A stretch of DNA of 36,674 nt from Octopus bimaculoides (taxonomy: Eukaryota): the NCBI RefSeq assembly GCF_001194135.2, contig NC_068983.1, positions 149,560,600-149,597,273 on the forward strand. Direction: 5' to 3'. Made by a program: the position numbers and the translations under genes. This document shows positions 34,025-36,674 of this stretch, one piece after another; the stretch's first letter is position 1, and each line of letters begins with the position of its first letter. Under the pieces are notes generated by a model. It did not search any database and was not told the origin of the DNA. It saw only the letters and a program-made list of their open reading frames with translations.

Positions 34025-35609
34025 ATTTTGACTGATTCCAAGAGATCGACTTCATAACATATTTAATAACCATTAAGTGCTTAAGAATTGGAAGACACTG
34101 GCTGATATACAGATGAGACAACTCTGTTGGATAATGTATTATCCAACAGATAATGAAAAAACATTATGTGAAAGAAATTGTTATGAATTAGTAGCAAAAT
34201 GTATCTAAGAATAATTAGGAAGAAGTAGATTTGATTTAACAATATCAGGGTTCGCAACTGCATGCATATAAAGGTACATGGTAGTTGTGATGCTGATAAC
34301 TATCTATGCTGTAGCTTTGTTACTATGATAGCAAGTACACTGCAAATTGTAACCGACTTTAATATTACAGGCCTATAATCTGCTTCATCGCCTAACCTTC
34401 ATCAAGGCCTCCTTTTCTTCAGCTTTGATCAATTGCTGACTCTCTACAAAGAAGTTTCCAAAATGGAATAAAGCCATCATGCTTAGAATGCTATACCTTA
34501 CTGTCATACAAACATCCTAGACACACAGAAAAAAAAAAAAAGCCACTAGTTTGATTAACAAATATTTATTCTCCAACAATAGATGTTACCTTGCTACTAC
34601 AATGGCCTAAACTCATCAGAACAAGCATGTTGCATATTACATAAACTCAGGCCCACTCAATGCAACCATTTTTCTTCTTGTCACTCAGGCACTATTCTAA
34701 CCACTATCCAATACTTCTTCCCCATTATTGTTTCAAATTTTTAGCACAAGATCAGCAATTTTTTTTTTTTGTAGAGCAAGTGGTTATCCAATTGCATCAA
34801 CCCCAGTACATGACCAGCACTTTTATTTTATCAACCCTCAAAAAACAAAAGGCAAAGTTGGCCTCAGCACAGAAAGCTGAAGTAATGCTGCTTAAGCATT
34901 TTGATGTGCTAATGATTTTGCCAGCTTGCTACTTTTTTCCCACAATGCCAACCCATTGGAATTCCCTTCCTGTCAACAGGAATATTAACTGCATCATTCT
35001 TACTAGTCTAGAAAGACCTTTAAAGGTCACGGACATTTTCCCATCCTTCTGACTAAGCCATAAAAAAATAGTTTTTGTTTTGATGAACACAACTGAATAG
35101 AGCTAATCAATAATAACAATGTTATACTTAGTAATATAGTTGAAAAAAAAAAGAACACTAAACGAAAATCCAGCTTAGCAATACTCTTTTAACTTGATTT
35201 AAAACTAATATTTTAAAAAAATTAGAATAATCAAAAATCATTTGAATATATCATTAAATGACAATAAGAAAATTGAAGAGAATGAAATGGCCTGCCTTAC
35301 CAATTGATGCTTGCTTTTCCAGTTTGTTTTGATGTTCTAATTCATAGCTTAAAGCAAATAGGAGCAGAACAGGTGAAGCCAAAGTTGAGCTGAGAAGGCA
35401 GCGATCAAAATATCTTCGAAGGTTTCCCATTAGCCAGGAACTTTGTTCAATGTGAACTAAAATCTTAAGGAAATATGGATGTGAAGGGTGCCTTTCAGTA
35501 GCTTTCTTGATCAGTTGCTTCAAGGATCCCAGGGCTAGATGATGATGAGTCATGTGATACAATGATAATTTCATAGCAATTCTATCACAATGAAGAATGA
35601 TTTGTTTCT
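31346..35609 (-). CDS. NRDE2: NRDE2 (nuclear exosome regulator / nuclear RNAi defective-2 homolog), C-terminal four coding exons; gene continues beyond the window
   Basis: Spliced product ...LRRYFDRCL...LLFALSYELEHQNKLEKQASIDGVVCATSGTLHRLRSLFERGLNQPQICSCPLIWRLYLYIEHKYGEAERATGLYYRALQHCPWAKALYKDAITMLGDSKLQDIVDLMLEKEMRIQIPIEEIAIL... matches the NRDE2 C-terminus (CPLLWRMY...YKALQNCPWAKVLYLDA...DLMTEKELRVRLPLEE in human, from recall). Confidence 0.9.
32534..32605 (-). CDS. NRDE2: NRDE2 exon (HKYGEAERATGLYYRALQHCPWAK)
   Basis: gtttcag / gtaact; 24 codons, absent from the ORF track. Confidence 0.92.
33585..33706 (-). CDS. NRDE2: NRDE2 exon (DGVVCATSGTLHRL...CPLIWRLYLYIE)
   Basis: ctctctag / gtaagt. 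Confidence 0.9.
33962..34026. repeat. (TA)n microsatellite
   Basis: About 30 TA units; other (TA)n/(CA)n tracts at 11360-11385, 12495-12522, 35648-35685. Confidence 0.95.
35301..35609 (-). CDS. NRDE2: NRDE2 exon (103 codons, phase 1 to 1)
   Basis: gtttcag / gtaagg; inside ORF 35254-35625. Confidence 0.85.
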
Positions 35610-36424
35610 CTGAAACAGTAAACACTCAAATTAATATATGAACAGATTGTGTGTGTGTGTATGTATACACACACACACACACACATCATAAAACAATGTC
35701 ATGATATAAAACATGTACAGTAGTCAAATGGTTCATCATTCAAAGACCAATGGAATAAATACTTCATTTTGAAATAAGGATTGGCAACTGAAAGGACATC
35801 TCGCCATAGACAAGCTGCCCTGAAAAGTCAGCATGGAAAAAAATGGAGATAAAAATGATATGAAATAATTTTTTTATCTATACTTTATTTTGTGTGAAAC
35901 TAAGAGCCTTTACTCTAAACAAAGGGTATTAACGCTCTTATCAATGACATCAGACAAATGTACATCCTTGTCAAACAGTGTAAAAGTAAATATTAATGAA
36001 TTTTCCATCTAACAATCTTACATAGAATAATACGCAAGCATGATAAAGTAGATGTTTCATGGGCAAGTGTCTACTATTATAGCCTTGAGCTGACCAAAGC
36101 CTTGTGAGTGGATTTGGTAGATGGAAGCTGAAAGAAGTCCATTGTATGTGTATGTGTTTGTGTCTATGTTTGTTCCCCTGCCACTACTTGACAAGCGGTG
36201 CTGGTGTGTTTATTTAGCAGTTTGGCAAAAGAGAGATAGAATAAGTATCAGGCTTATAAAAAAAACAAGTACTGGGGTTGATGCATTTAACAAAAAATTC
36301 TTCCAGGCAATGCCCCAGCATGGCCACAGTCTAATGACTGAAACAAATAAAAGATAAAAGAAAGATATCATCCACATAATGTATAAGTATATATATGTGC
36401 GTGTGTGTGTGTATGTATATATAC

Positions 36425-36674
36425 AGATGGCCCTGCTCAGTATGTAGAAAAAGAGTAGGTAGTAACTCTATAAGATGTACCCGGTGCAAGCTATGGACAC
36501 ATAAGAGGTGCAGCAACATCAAAGGCAGGTTAACTAGCAAGTTAGTTTTTGTTTGTGGCAGATGTTCAGGTGCAATAAACACTGTAAACAAACAGGAAAC
36601 AACTTCTATCTCATTCCAGGGTGAAAAACTAGAGGTAGTCGATAGCTTCCGCTATCTGGGTGACCAAGTTAGTA
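36425..36674 (+). mobile_element. RTE LINE fragment with intact C4HC3 PHD finger, runs to window end
   Basis: Open frame RWPCSVCRKRVGSNSIRCTRCKLWTHKRCSNIKGRLTSKLVFVCGRC...LEVVDSFRYLGDQVS. Confidence 0.88.

Noticed and set aside
34397-34443. 47-nt candidate extra (poison) exon in an NRDE2 intron
   Set aside because: It would shift the frame; the flanking exons already join in phase and match the NRDE2 pattern; needs RNA evidence.
34660-35052. 130-aa plus-strand ORF
   Set aside because: Antisense to an NRDE2 intron and overlapping a SINE remnant; no domain.

Overview
AT-rich animal genomic DNA. The repeat families look like octopus/cephalopod; this is an inference from recall, not a database result. 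Two convergent intron-rich genes can be rebuilt by hand. (1) On +, 12 GT-AG coding exons (5537-27910) splice into an uninterrupted 340-aa fungal-type cysteine synthase (Cys11/Cys1a-like PLP enzyme, not CBS); its start-codon exon was not found. (2) On -, the last four coding exons of NRDE2 (35609-31346). Much of the rest is transposon-derived: RTE and CR1 LINE fragments, many RTE-tail short repeats and tRNA-type SINEs, a Penelope-like fragment, two degenerate hammerhead ribozymes, hAT/piggyBac/other MITEs and a young solo LTR. The best second-look items are the cysteine synthase itself, an RTE insertion with a twin-priming-like inversion, a PHD finger inside the RTE reverse transcriptase, and a MITE with a central telomeric palindrome. 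Exon and TIR/TSD coordinates were counted by hand; SINE/LINE boundaries are approximate.
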